Shown here one piece after another: positions 1 to 13,400 of a stretch of DNA of 64,000 nt. This DNA is from Anthoceros angustus. Its lineage: Eukaryota; Plantae; Anthocerotophyta. How positions within the stretch are numbered: position 1 is the first letter of the stretch; every line of letters begins with the position of its first letter. Under the pieces are notes generated by a model, which did no database searches, was not told the origin of the DNA, and saw only the letters and a list, made by a program, of their open reading frames with translations. The stretch lies in NCBI GenBank assembly GCA_010909165.1, contig VJWM01000126.1:682001-746000 (forward strand), given 5' to 3'. The position numbers and the translations under genes are program-made.

Positions 1-784
1 ATGAGCATGGCGTGGAAAGGAAAGACTTCAATTCTTATGGAAGTCGACGTGGAAATGATGAAATCATGGCTCGGGGAACTTTTGCCAATATTCGGATCGT
101 CAACAAGTTTTTGAAAGGGGAGGTTGGTCCGAAGACCCTCCACATTCCCTCTGGGGAGAAGATGTTCATCTATGATGCTGCCATGGTAAGAATTATTTCC
201 GTCACCTGAACTGCCAGATGCCTTCTGAAAAGGGTTGAATCTTTCTCGGTCGATCTCATTTCATCTGTCGCCGTGCAGAGATACAAAGATGAGGGTCATG
301 ATACCATTATTCTTGCTGGGTCTGAATATGGGAGTGGAAGCTCACGGGATTGGGCTGCCAAGGGCCCTTACCTGCAGGTATGTACTTGCGGCAACCTTCC
401 AAACCTGAAACGTCTCAGCTAAGCCTTGCATTTTAAATAATAGGGCCCTGTTGTTTTTCGGCGGTGTAGGGTGTGAAAGCTGTGATTGCCAAGAGCTTCG
501 AGCGCATCCATCGCAGCAACTTGGTTGGAATGGGCATCATTCCCCTGTGCTTTAAGCCCAAGCAAGATGCGGACACTTTGGGTCTCACTGGGCGCGAGAA
601 GTTTACCATTGATCTGCCTAGCAGCATCTCGGACATCACTCCAGGCCAAGATGTGGAGGTGAAAACCGATTCTGGCAAGAGTTTCACGTGTGTGCTCCGG
701 TTCGATACTCAGGTGGAGCTGACATACTTCGAGCATGGTGGAATTCTGCACTATGTCCTGCGGCAGCTACTGAATCAGGGTTGA
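1..784 (+). CDS. ACO: Aconitate hydratase (aconitase), last three exons; gene begins before the window
   Basis: Spliced exons 1-185, 279-377 and 470-784 (GT-AG) give [24 protein letters not shown]..., [12 protein letters not shown] and [21 protein letters not shown]...[12 protein letters not shown], the aconitase/IRP swivel domain. Confidence 0.96.
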
Positions 785-1949
785 TTTTGAGTTTTTGGAA
801 ACTTCCGTGGAAAGAGTGGAGGCATCGCTGTTTCGAGGAGCCTCATCTCTAAACAGAGAACAAGAGGGGAGGGTACGTGATGGTCAGCCCAGCCGAAGTG
901 GTCAGTGTCGCTGCTCGCAGTCTCTTGACGCGGGCAGCTCGTCATGCAGGTGGTCACCGCGCAAAGTATGAAGTATGTAGGTGTGACTTGATAGTTCAGT
1001 ACTTCTGCCGGCTGACACGACCTTGTGTGACTTTTGTCTTTTCATTTGTGAACGATGATGTCATTGTACTCACGTACCTTTTGCACAACTACCCAACATC
1101 CGAAAGCGGTATGAAGCTTCCTTACATTTCTGTGCACGGATCGGCTAAGTTCATTGCCTTGAATTAACGGCTCCAACATTATCGGGAAGTTTGCAGCACC
1201 GGTTTGTAAAGGAGTGTGGTTTTCCAAGCTAACGGTTTGTGGGAACGCGGGTTAGTGGGTGCCCTGTGGGCAGATTCTGCTGATGCCATACTTTGGTGCT
1301 ATGGTCATGCCGCATGAGCAACGGCGGGACGATTACGTCCGGGATGGGATCAGCTTGATCAGCGCTAGCTTAGAGCCGGACGGGCACACTCGACAATGGA
1401 GTGCGCCTTGTCTGATAGCGCCACATGTGAGCTCACATACACAGCTCTGTCAATGGCTCAGTTTGGTTGGATGCTAGAACAGATTCCAGATTCTCGGAAG
1501 GACTGCTGCAGCGCACAAGAACTTGTTGCATGGCGGGTAAGTGAGGGAAGCGCACTGTTGCGAAAGCAGCCCACCTTACCCTGCTGCCGCAATTTCACGT
1601 GCCTCTTGTTTGTACGAAATGAATTGGCATGGGGACGGCGTGGCAGGCAGAATAGCTTTTAAAGCAGAAAAGAAGAACAGCTGACATGAAGCAGAACAGG
1701 GGAATAGCTGACATAGCAGAATAGGAGGAAAGCTTGACATAGCACATTAATTCACACATATATATTGATGGCGGGCCATGGCGGATGGCTCATGTCACCT
1801 TATCCCACCCAGCAACCCAGCAATGACATCCTGCATGAGACAAGACAGAGAAGGAGCGGATCTCAGCTGTCTAAAAATGCAGACAAAGCAGGAAAGGTCG
1901 AGGCCGCAAGTTTCTCCACTTACAGACATGTAGGGCCAGACGTGTGGTG

Positions 1950-3400
1950 CGGATAGCATAGATAGCAGATCCCGGTTGCCATTCCCAACATCGGAGTCAA
2001 CGCTGAACTGTTGCCTGGAGGTAGCCTTGAGTCGTGACCCAACACCCAACAAGAGTAGGAACGTTTCTTCCCATACCATGTGATTGATGGTGAATCTGAC
2101 AGTCGGGCGCCGAGGATGGCAAGTTGGCCAGGACTTGGAGTTGGAGGAGGCCAGTTTAGCAGGAGTTGCGTGCAGCCTGGGCGGTGAGTGCCTGGGCCTC
2201 CACAGTGGCAGCAGACGATAGGGCCGAGGGAGCGCGTGGGGCCCCGCTACAGACGCCCTCTTGCCCTTTGTTGTACGCCGTCGCACGCCAACTTGCCAAG
2301 GCAGGCTAGCCGCTCGGCGTCCACGCCCTCCTCGGCCTCCCCGACTCGCCGCATCCGTCCTTGACCCTTTCCCTAGGCTGGCATGCATCCCACGGCAAAC
2401 CCCAAGGCCACCGCAAAACCCCACTTCCAAACCCTAATCCACCTGCAAAGCAAACTCGACATCGGAGATTCTCCATCACCTACCATGGCAACAACAACAC
2501 AACAACAACCACAGCAGCAAACATGGCTCCTCCCCTCCTGATTGGCTCCCATGCTCTTCTCACCTCTCGAACTCCTCATCTTATCTCCTGCATAGGTATC
2601 CACCTTGTCCAGATCTCGATGGCCATGTCCGATCTCAACACCACGTCCTCCCCCTCCTTCGTACATCCCTGCAGTACAGTACCCAACACATCTCTACACA
2701 CCGCTTGCAAACCGACGTTGGAACTCGGACGAACTTGTGGCCATAGCAGCTGCCGGGATCGCCGGATACATCCACCATACCACACGACCATCCCACCAGC
2801 TCAGGACCCCAAGTCAACGTCCCATCCGATTTTTGCTGCAATCTGGTGGGAACGACTCCAGCCTGCAGGCTCCTCCCTCAACCCAGGGCAGCCTTCCATT
2901 GGCACGCTGCCGGTCCCCCACCTTTAGCATCCACTCCTTTCGGGATTTCCCAATTCCGACTTCCAAAACCCTTTCTTCCCTGGCCGCTTGCTTTGCTTCC
3001 TCCAGTGCGGCGCACCACGGACACGATGGGACAAACATACCCGTTTCACCTCACCATGGGTAAAGCTTCCAGCAGCCCCAGTAAATATTCTTCCGCCGTC
3101 CCCGTATGCGTAGCCTGGACTCCTCTTACGTCTGCGAGCCAGCATTGGTTATGTCAAATGGGCCCCATCCTTCAGCCAGGCTGTCGTCAGCACATCTCGT
3201 ACCTCCTCTGCCCTTGGCCATATGGCGTGTGGCCATTAGAGGCCAGGCTTTGCTCACTTTGCAGCCTCACAGGCCTCTGGCTCACAAGGTGGTGGTTGTA
3301 GTAGTCGCTCTCGAGGCGTGATCGCCATGCTCTCGTTCGGTCCTCCGTGCGTGGCCCGTCTAGTTTTTCTCTTCTCTGAACGCCCGTGCCTTGCGCTTGT
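1950..3400 (-). mobile_element. Degenerate Ty3/gypsy-like gag-protease remnant
   Basis: Minus strand has a zinc-knuckle-like IVCCHCGGPGTHRPGC (~2170-2225), followed by protease-like ..LASSN...VRFTINHMVWEETFLLL; reading frames are broken and boundaries approximate. Confidence 0.45.
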
Positions 3401-4144
3401 GTAATTTTCGATACATTAAATTATTTTATACAAACAGATAAATATATCGAAAATAATTTCTATCATATAAATTCAAACAACAGAGAACAGGGTTCTATGG
3501 ATCTCCTAAAATAGAGTAGATGGGAAATCCCTTCCACCCCTGAAGTCCGTCAGAGGAGGAACAACCCAAAAAGGACTAATGGTAAAGCTCTCCAAAGAGT
3601 TCCCTCTACGGCTGGCTGCTGTGGGTTGGAAAACGTCACATGTTTATCATAGCCGTGCAATGAATGGACTCCGTCCAGCTTTGACGGCTTCCGCGGACTG
3701 CAGACTCTGGAATGCATTATGGACAACGACCGTCAAAACTGTGGTGCATTATTATTTAATATGGCCCTCCGTCGCTTGTTTTGATTTGATTTTTTTATTC
3801 CCAGCCGATGACGATGAGATGAACCGAGTTCTATGTTTTATGAAAAAAAAACGTCGACGAGACGCGATGCGTTTTGTCTTGGAGAGAGAGTCGTGGAGGT
3901 CGTGCGAGGAAGGGGAGGGGAATCTGCGGGCGCGAAGAGAGGCGACAGATGAGGCCGGCTCTCCGGGGCGAATCGGCGAATCGGGGCCGGGGCGAGGGCG
4001 ACGGCGAAACTTCTGTACCGTATGGCTTCGATTTTGGCGTCTGGCTGCTAAGTTAAGCCGGGGGCGAATACCCGGGCTTCACTTGGACATCGCGGTTATA
4101 GTGCCGGGGGCGAATGGGGGCTTCGATTTGGGTGAGATGGAAGT

Positions 4145-4210
4145 TTAGGTGCTAAGTTAGCACGTCAAGTTTAGTTGCTAAGTTAAGTGGGGGCTGGCTA
4201 TATATTTCGC
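4145..4210 (+). promoter_or_regulatory. GS1 core promoter: TATA box with upstream GCTAAGTTA repeats and a CACGTC box
   Basis: CTATATAT at ~4198-4205, about 225 nt upstream of the ATG. GCTAAGTTA occurs at ~4047, 4151 and 4177; CACGTC at 4161. Confidence 0.45.
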
Positions 4211-4426
4211 CGCGGAGAGCTGTTTGTCAGCACTGTTGAAATCACAGCCCTTCTTCTGGACTGCCCGCGGTGCTTCTCGTCACTCTGCGCTAGCCCAGCT
4301 GCCTGCTCCGCGCTCTGCTCTTCCGGCTCCGCCTCCGCGCTGCCTCTGCGCTGCGCGCGGCTCTCGGCCCCGAGCTCGCGCTTGCAGAGCGGTGCGGTCC
4401 GGTGCGGTGCGGAAGGGAACGCCACA

Positions 4427-6861
4427 ATGTCGCTCCTCAACGACCTGCTCAAGTTGGATATCAGCGACTCCGGGAAAATCATCGCGGAGTATATCTGGTG
4501 CGTGGATTGTGTGCCTCGGGGGGCTTTCGAGTTGTGGGTCTTGAGGAAGATGCAATTCCAGGCTGTGGGTTGGTTGTGGGCGATTTGATTTCTGCCTTCT
4601 GACATGGATGTGGGCGGTGGGTTGCTGCAGGATCGGAGGCAGCGGGTTGGACCTCCGTAGCAAGGCCAGGGTACGTGTGTTTCTAGGAATCGTGGCATTC
4701 CTGGTTTTGGTGTGGGAGGGTGCTTGGCGTCGAGGTTGGGATGGTTGTTGGGCTGTTTGGGGGAAGGTTCCGCTCGAGGTGGGCGGTGTCGGGGGCGCCT
4801 CTTGGTGGCTTTTGGTTTGTGGGTTTCGGGTGTCGAGGTCGTGGTGGTGGTGGGCAATAGGCTATAGGGGAGTTTGTGGTGCAGGCGGGAGGTGATGGGT
4901 GATGGTTGTTTCCTGCTGACGGTGATGGCACACGAAGCAGGGAGCCAAGAAAGGGGTGAAATTGAGTTGGGTTTTCGGGATTGCGTGCGGAGTTTCCGCT
5001 GTGATCTCTGATGTTGGGTCGGGGGATAGGGCAGATGTCTTCGTTGCAACTGCTGCAGGTATTGATTGTTCGCTTTGTTGCGCAGACTCTGAATGGACCC
5101 ATCACCGATGCCTCCAAGTTGCCCAAGTGGAACTATGATGGAAGCAGCACGGGGCAAGCCCCCGGCGAGGACTCAGAAGTGATCCTTTAGTATGTTTACT
5201 TTTACAAATTTTGCATCCTAGGTTCTTGATTTGTGTGTGTTAAGTTCCCGATGCACTCCAGAGGTCTCGCGAGTTTGGGATCCCGAGGTGATGGAATCCT
5301 GTGTTTGGTGTTGAGCAGTCCCCAGGCTATCTATAAGGATCCATTCAGGGGCGGAGACAACATTCTCGTGAGTTCCGTTTTGTCCAGGTTTGATTTGAAT
5401 AGTATGTCCTTGCGATTATCGTATTTAACATCTGCGTTGTGTCTCTCAGGTCATCTGCGATGCTTACACTCCCCAGGGGGAGCCGATCCCAACGAACAAG
5501 CGGGCAGCAGCTGCCAAAGTCTTCAGCAACCCCGATGTGTCCAAGGAGGTTCCTTGGTAAGCCTGCCTAACTCTCAGACCTCAGGTGAATTATGTTGTCT
5601 TTAGTTTCCGTGATTTGATCGCATCTTCTGTCCCGTTTCTCGTGCAGGTTTGGAATTGAGCAGGAATACACTTTGCTCCAGAAGGATGTGAAGTGGCCCC
5701 TGGGTTGGCCCGTCAATGGGTACCCCGGAGCGCAGGTGTGCATTCCGTGAATTTTGCTGGAAAATGGGGCTGCTGATACGAGAGTTGGCAGATTTGTGGG
5801 GTCCTGCTCTAATTTGTCATCCTGTTTCCAGGGTCCGTACTACTGCGGTACTGGAGCCGATAAGGCGTGGGGCCGGGACATCGTGAACGCCCACTACAAG
5901 GCTTGCGTCTATGCTGGCATCAACATCTCTGGAATCAACGGTGAGGTCATGCCCGGCCAGTGGGAGTACCAGGTTGGACCTTGCGAAGGCATTTCCTCTG
6001 GAGACCAGTTGTGGGCCTCTCGTTATATCCTGGAGGTGAATTTCTGCACACCTTGCGACACGTTTGCAACAGTGAGGCGTGTGTCGTGTGCTTTGATGCT
6101 CCTGGTTCTCACTGTTTGGGTTCTCACTTTTCTGGTTGCAGAGGGTCACAGAGATCGCCGGAGTGGTCCTGTCCTTGGACCCCAAACCCATCGAGGGAGA
6201 CTGGAATGGTGCTGGTTGCCATACCAACTACAGGTATTATTTCTTTTCCATCTTCCTGCTGTGTCTGAATGTCTGAAATGCGTACCCGACAGTGACATAG
6301 TAATTCTAACTCTCTGCGTCCTGGTGATTCAGTACTAAGAGCATGCGTGAGGATGGTGGTTTCGAAGTCATCAAGAAGGCCGTTGAGAAGCTCGGCCTGC
6401 GTCACAAGGAGCACATCAGTGCCTATGGTGAGGGTAACGAACGTAGGCTGACAGGAAGACATGAGACCGCCGACATCCACACCTTCTCCTGGGTAAGCTT
6501 CCTCACATCCAGCTTCGCATTTGCTTCTTCTCCTCTTAACTCAGTTTGGTGGCTTCTGCTTGTGGTTACCTCTCCTCCTCATAATGGCATCCCTTCTGTG
6601 ATCCTGCAGGGTGTGGCCAACAGAGGAGCGTCCATCCGTGTGGGACGAGACACTGAGAAGGAGGGCAAGGGTAAGTTCCCTGGAAGTAGCTTGTACTCTC
6701 GATGAACATGGTTGCTGCACTCAATATGACGGCACTTTCTAATGGTGCCCATCACTCCCTGCACAGGCTACTTCGAGGACAGACGCCCTGCCTCCAACAT
6801 GGATCCGTATGTGGTGACATCGCTGATTGCCGAGACCACCATCCTGTACAAGCCCTGGTAG
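4427..6861 (+). CDS. GLN1: Cytosolic glutamine synthetase (GS1), 11 exons
   Basis: [24 protein letters not shown]|[13 protein letters not shown]|[101 protein letters not shown]. All introns are GT-AG and there is no transit peptide. Confidence 0.97.
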
Positions 6862-7339
6862 GAACCCTCCTTTCACAACTCATCTCACCTGTTCCAATGC
6901 TCCCTCCTCTGTCTCCAGTAACACCGGGGTTTGGTGCCGCAGAAAGCTGTGAAGGGCTACGACCGGTCACACGAGAGGTCGAAGCAGATAAACTGTATGG
7001 CCGAGTACGGGATAATGCGTTGTTCTTGCCTCTGAGAGCAAGCTGCAGTCGTGTGGAGGATTATTTATCATCTGAACTTTTTTCCTCTGAACGTGTAATT
7101 TATGCAATTCCTAGGCTTAGCGCAGAGCCTTGGAATGGAGCGACCATTGTTGCCTCATGGCCTTTGCCCTCAGACTTCAAAAAGACTTCTCGACTTAGTG
7201 AACGACTTCGTGAATCCACTAAACCCCGAGAGTCTGAAATTAACGTGTTGGAAAGGACCCTTTATTGTATTTGCTGTGTTAATAGAATGACGATAAGGTT
7301 GTGATGCTGCACCTGGGTCGTGAAGTTATGAAACTGTGA

Positions 7340-10300
7340 AGATTCCTGGTGAATACTTGCCTGAGAACGAAGATGGGCTGATGGAACACAACCTTTTGCT
7401 CCTCCACGATTCTCTGGCCAAATGATGTCTGAAGAACATTCAAGCTATCAGGCAGCCTGTGGAACATGCGAGATATGCAAAGAAAGTTACGCCTGTGTCT
7501 GCGGCCTTTCCATTAATCTGGCCGAGGATATGGCAGAGAATCTTGTAGAGCTGCTGGTGTTCTCCAATTTCCATGAATCTGGGTGCGTACTTCCAGCCGA
7601 GAATCACTCCCCGCAGGTCCCTTCACTCTGATGTCCACTGTCCGGACGGCTTTCCCAGAGGCAAAGCTGCCACAGCCTCTTCATATGATAAATCCTCTAC
7701 TTTGTGACACGGAGAGATGAGTTGCGGAGTCCGGACCACTGTGACAGGCCCTGGCGCGGCGGAGCCCATTCTGGCCTGGGACTTCCTGGCTATGGCATCT
7801 CGGTGACTCTCAATTTCTCCAGCCTCTGTACATTCCTCGCCGATCCAGCTGGCTCTCGTCTGCCACCTTTGCTACTTTGCTTTGGAAGCTTCCGCCGCAA
7901 TTACTGTGAATGCGCTCAATACGTGGATTACAAGCACCGTCACTTGCGGTTGGAATCGAGGCTGGAAACCTAAAGGTAATTTTGCTGCTCTGCTTGCGGT
8001 GAAGCATGGACAGGAAGAGACGACTCGTGCTCGTCGGGGTTTTCGCTTCCTGGCACATGCAATGGCAGGAGTGAAGGCCACACTGACTGATGGGCACATC
8101 GGTTCCCGTGCCCATAAAAGCTTCACACGGAACAGGATTGGCGGTTGTAGTCTTTTTCTCAGATACCCATTGATTTACTGCCAGCAGACTTACGCAGTCC
8201 GCGATGCGCGCTGTACGTATGCTCAGGGTGCCCAGAATATATCAAGATCGGAGCTCATGGTTGTGTATGATTTGATTACTTGACGGAAGACTTCAAAGTA
8301 AAGCTATGGCACGTCTTGGAATGTTGCACAGGCAGGCTGGTGCACTGACAGGCAGTAAAAGCAGGCTGATGGGCAACAGGACTGGATTGAGTGCCAGTTT
8401 GCTCACCATCAGCTCCTGTCTGCCACATATTTTTCACCGTCCGCTTTGCAAGTTATCAGCTTTGGCCATGGTAAATACCATGGCGGACTCCATGGCCAAA
8501 TACCATGGCGAGCTCATCCCCCGTTTAGAGACAGAGTCAGTCGTCGAGCTCGTTGCGCTTATGACGGGGATGAGCACATTCCTCCTACCAGACGGGATCA
8601 GGCGGCTTTGCCAGAGGGAACCCTCCTTATCCATTTTGACATCCAATCTCAACTGGTTGGGGGAGCCTGGTGGCTCGAACAGGGAAACGCTCTGTGGTCG
8701 TCCTGACATCCGATTTCAGTTTTAGTTTGTCGAGCTCCGAAGAACTCTGCCCAAATAGTAGGGTATGCCGCAGTCTGTATCCCGCGCACGGTATTCTTTA
8801 GTAAAAGGCGAAAGAATAGTTCGCTTTGCGTTGAACACACGGCTAGATATATTGCTCGTGGACTTCCCAGGTTATATTGCATTGGAGGTGGTACGCATAC
8901 ACTGGCAGCAATATGGGGCAATAATAGTTCCAAACGGTTCGTCTTGGACGTTAGAGTGCAGCCTACCTTGCATTTGTTATTGCATTTCATTGAGACGTCA
9001 GGCAACGGCAACGTGGATGTGTTGAAACAATTACCTCTCAGAGCGTGTTGCCGATAGTATAGAGCGGGCCTCCGATTCCAGTGGGATGAAAATTTTCGAA
9101 TGGCTTCTCTCTGGAGCTGGGTACATAGCATTGAACGGATTCTGATCGGATCTTAAATGTTTTCAATCCATAACATTACTAGTCACAACGTGCTGTGGAA
9201 GCAGAGCTGGGGAATTCCGCCACCCTCGATATCATCGGTGACGGTGACAACAAATATGGAATTGCACAGTGCAAGGGTTGCACTGTCTGCCCTTAGGAGG
9301 CTCTGAAAATCAGAAAATCGTTCCTGAAGCGCCAAGAGTACGAGGATCAAATACACACCAGCGACTTCCACTTTGCAAACACAATATCAATGCTGCCTTC
9401 CAGCAGCATTGATCTTGTGTCTGGATAGAGCTGCTCCGACTTTGAAGCAGCTGATCAAGGAAGTCACAGTTGTGGCCGCTAGTGAGGCTCTTGTAATGAG
9501 ACGTTTCGTTCGGCTGAAGAGTCTGGTCTCATTCAGTGAATGGACGATAACACTCAGGATTCATCTATCCGAATGATAGTGAGATTCCAGTCACTTCCGT
9601 CACGCTATTGCCAAAGTGCACTGTGGATTACGCTATAAGGAGATTGGAAGGTAAGACATTCAACTATCCTGCTAGGTTGGTTAATTGACCCAGGAGCTAG
9701 TTAGCTGGGTCTAAAGTCGAGTTTAAACGTTGCCACCTTCCCAGCAGTGTATAGTAGTTCATGGTATTGAGGGTGTGGCCATGACCACAAACCAGGAGTT
9801 CGGCTTAGGGTTTACAAAACTGTTCTTCCACTGAAGTCTCCTCCTGGGGAGTCGGTGGCCATGGGGTGGCCTCGATCGATGGGGTGTTCCTGGGAAGAGT
9901 CTTTATTCTAGAGATCACAGACTAGAACAGTGCAACGGCATTTTGAATCCGTCATTACATGCCTGGTGGTTTCTCTGGTTGCAACATTCTTCAGCTCACA
10001 AACGCATAGACGTGTAGCTGGACTGGATTCCACTTGCAAACAGCGTGCCGTGCTCGTATCCCAAGCAGGATGTGGCAATTGCGGTGGACCAAGACAGCAA
10101 TCCCAGCTGGCTGGACCTCACCGACTTCACTGTGTGATGAGGGAGCTGGGGACCTCAAACCCAGCCTTAACACGGTTTGCAACATACCCGAGACTCTAGA
10201 GAGCCATGGATCAAAGCCTCATTGAATAAAGCAGCTGAAGGTGGAAAGCTCCGAGCCGGCCCACGTAGCTGAAGAGCGCTCCCCGCAGGTGAAGAGCTCC

Positions 10301-13300
10301 CAAGGACATTTGAACAAAGTAGCTAAAGGAGAAGCAATAACTGTTGGAGCCGTCGGGAAGAAGAGCTCACTGGAACATTGAATGAAGCAGCGCTCTAAAG
10401 GAGGAGCAGTACCTAATAGGAGCCGCATAGGTGAAGAGCTCTCAAGCATTTGCAAGGTAAGAGGCTCATGCTGAGTCGAGAGATGAGAGCTCGTGGTTCT
10501 GCTTCATTCGGTTACTCGAAGGCTTGAAGGTGGATTTAAAGCTCTAACACGTCTTGAAAACTTGGCACTGGCAGGCTGAGCAAGAGGATTGGATTGAGTA
10601 TCAATCAGTTTGCTCTGAGTTTTTTCTAGTTTTACCAGTCCGCTCTGATTCACCGACGCACTTTTCACCCTGCACTCTGCAAGTGATCAGCTTTGGAGAC
10701 GGTGAATGCATCAGTTGGCTGCCTGAAAAGAGCATGAACCTGTAGTAAATTGTGTTATCGTACTCCATCGAATCTCATTGTGGACTATGGTGTCGGGATT
10801 GCCATTCGAAAATGGTTTTGCACCAAAGCAACTCTGATATCGAGGATCCTTCCTCTTGCTGGATGGAGTCCACGATCGAGATTCTAACCTCGGGATTAAG
10901 GCTCCACTTCTGGAAGCGACAACCAGAAACCCGTCACACCATGCCGCATTGCCAACCTGTATGCCACGAAACTTTTGGCCCAGTGGAACGAAAGCCTCCA
11001 TTGGTTGCCACTGGATCCTACAGTAGTACAGGTACAGTAATAAGCGTAGAGCACCTGACATTCTGACTGGCAGCGCTATCACACTGTGGCATCCATTTTC
11101 TCACCTGCAGTTGAGGTTCTCACCAAGCTACTGGCTCCATGAGTCAGCTCTGAATTGACAACTGAGACCAACAGGGAGACGCAAGAAAAGAGCACGGCGC
11201 TTGTGTGGGTTTCTCTTTCACTTTCAGGACCCAGGACTGCTGTTAAAGAAAGCTGTAAGGGAGTATATGTGTGCATGTTGCAAGACCCTTGGGGAGGAAG
11301 CTGCTTCGAATGATGCAAACCTCCAACGCTTCCGCATCTCACACAACCATGATAGGAGAGCTGGAATGACGCCTTGCTCCATAACGAAGTAGTGCTGAAC
11401 ATAGCCTGAGAAATCCTTGTCACCACTTTGGTTGCCAGCCAAAGGTCGAAAATACACAGCGGGCATCTCCTCGCCTGCCACATTTTGCATAATCACCGAG
11501 GACCACATTTGCTGGAAGCCTCCTTCACGGACCTGACAATGCAGCTTCTTCCATCATGCTAAGCTCCAAGTTGTCAAGGCGTTTGAGAAGGCATGCAACT
11601 GCCACATCGTGGGCTAGGTGTTCTGCAGATGCACGTATGCGCACAGCGAAAGAGTCCCTTCGCGCTCCTACCTACCAGCTGTTGGCAACAACCATGTCAG
11701 GCTCAGTCGAGGTTTAAGCACTCCGGTGCTGACACTGACTGAGCTACGACTGAGTTAGCGGGCCAGTAATGCTCAGGGACGGATGGCCGTCTAGAACATG
11801 GGCTCGCCCTTGTTCTTCCCATCAGTGGGACCTGTCGGCTCCGCTAGGGAGAACCCGCCATGGCCGCTGCCACTGACATCCGATTTCAGATTTAATTTTT
11901 CGAGCTCCAAAGAACTCAGCCCAAAAAGTAGGGTACGCCGCTTCCTGTGTCCCACGCACGGTATTCTTTAGTAAAAGGCGAAAGAGTAGTTCGCATTGCG
12001 TTGAACACACGGCTCACTCTTCCAATGCCAAGCTTCCACGTTTATATTGCATTGAAGGTGGTACGCATACACTGGCAGCAATATGGGGTAATAATATTTC
12101 CTAACGTCTCTGGACTTTAGAGTGCAGCCTAGTTTGCATTTGTTATTGCATTTCATAACATTACGAGTCACAACATGCTGTGGAAGCAAGGTTGGGGAAT
12201 TCCGCCACCCTCGAAATCATCGGTGACGGTGACAACAAAGAGGGAATGGCACAGTGCAACGCACTGACTGCCCTTAGGAGGCTCTGACAATCACAAAATC
12301 GTTCCCGAACTGCCAGAGGACGACAATCACAGACACGCAGTATCGCCCATCAGCATCAATGTTGTCTCTCCCATGGCTCTGCTGGAGTCGGACGACATCT
12401 CATCTCCCGTGGCTACTTGAGCACAAAACGGGGTGGGGTTGAGGGGCCTGGCACAGAACTCGCCAAGCAACGCCTCCTAGCCTTCCCTTTTCGAGGACCC
12501 ATGGCTGAGAGCCACGCAGGTTGGACAAGAGCTGGATTTTGTGTTGAGCTAGAGCTGCTTCCACTTTGAAGCAGCTGGTCAAGGGAAGTTGCAGTTGTGG
12601 TCGCTATTGAAGGCTTTTGTGACGAGACGTTCGTGTTCAGTATTGGGCTGAAGTGTCTTTGGGCGATCACGTTGACGACAGCTACCTCACTAAATATGTG
12701 CACCATGATTGCAGGAGCACGAACATGTAATTGTCCGGTATGTACTTTGATGTGCTTGGCAGCCTGGTGTATGGGCTCGTAAGGAGTCCGAAAAAGTGCT
12801 TCGCCAGTCCAGTAAAAACACAACATGCTTGGAAGCCTGTGAGTGGCATCACCTGAAACATCGCTCTGTGCTTGGTCTGACATATCTGATGTGCTTCCTA
12901 CGGCTGATTCCCTGGCTTTCCGAATGCCCAACAGCGTGGATGTATGTGGGGTAGTGCTACCAGATGTGCACGACATGTGGTTAGCTACTGTATGCAGGGG
13001 AGACTTTCAAGGAATTGTGCTGGGCAGTTGGCAGCGGTACTGTGGTTGTGGTACCCTAGGTGATCAGTGGGTGTCACCTGGAATGGACGAAGTTGTTCTC
13101 TGACAGAAGTATGATCGCCAACGTGCATGCGGTCCTCGGAACTTGTGCCTTAACACAACTCCAGTTTTGTTTGTACATTGTGACCTCTTTCTAGGAAGGA
13201 CACACGCTCCTGACACCCATCCATCCCAGGCGCTGGCGTCTCTGGCTTCTTCTGTCCGTGCAACATTCTCCTGACTCATGGCAGTTGGCGTGTCACAGGC

Positions 13301-13400
13301 TTCTACAGTAGCTTCCATGTAACAGCTTTATAGGTTTCCTCCTGGACAGGCAAGGTTCCTTGCAGTTTTGCAATCCCGTTGGATACGACATGGGAACACA
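7340..13400 (-). pseudogene. Field of decayed PLS-class PPR gene fragments (several tandem copies)
   Basis: Frame-broken PPR-like pieces include GVTFFAYLACS (~7480), MDKEG..LIPS..YLAMESAMVFTMAK (8434-8640), FSGYVQH and DYAKCGR..DARCVF (11200-11500), and 12400-13330. Shared flanks 8700-9330 ~ 11870-12330 are duplicated. Confidence 0.6.
8700..9330. repeat. Local duplication, paired with 11870-12330 (also 9420-9520 ~ 12545-12640 and 9530-9670 ~ 13455-13600)
   Basis: Long matching stretches, e.g. cgcacggtattctttagtaaaaggcgaaaga, ggtggtacgcatacactggcagcaatatgggg and attcagtgaatggacgataacact, are present in both places. Confidence 0.85.

Noticed and set aside
4198-5157. 319-aa antisense ORF over GS1, and similar long antisense ORFs over the extensin and PPR genes
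   Set aside because: Shadow ORFs of GC-rich introns or repeats with no recognisable domain.
8760-8850. ELFFRLLLKNTVRG resembling Helitron YLRLLL..VRG
   Set aside because: Too short, with no flanking Rep/helicase motifs.
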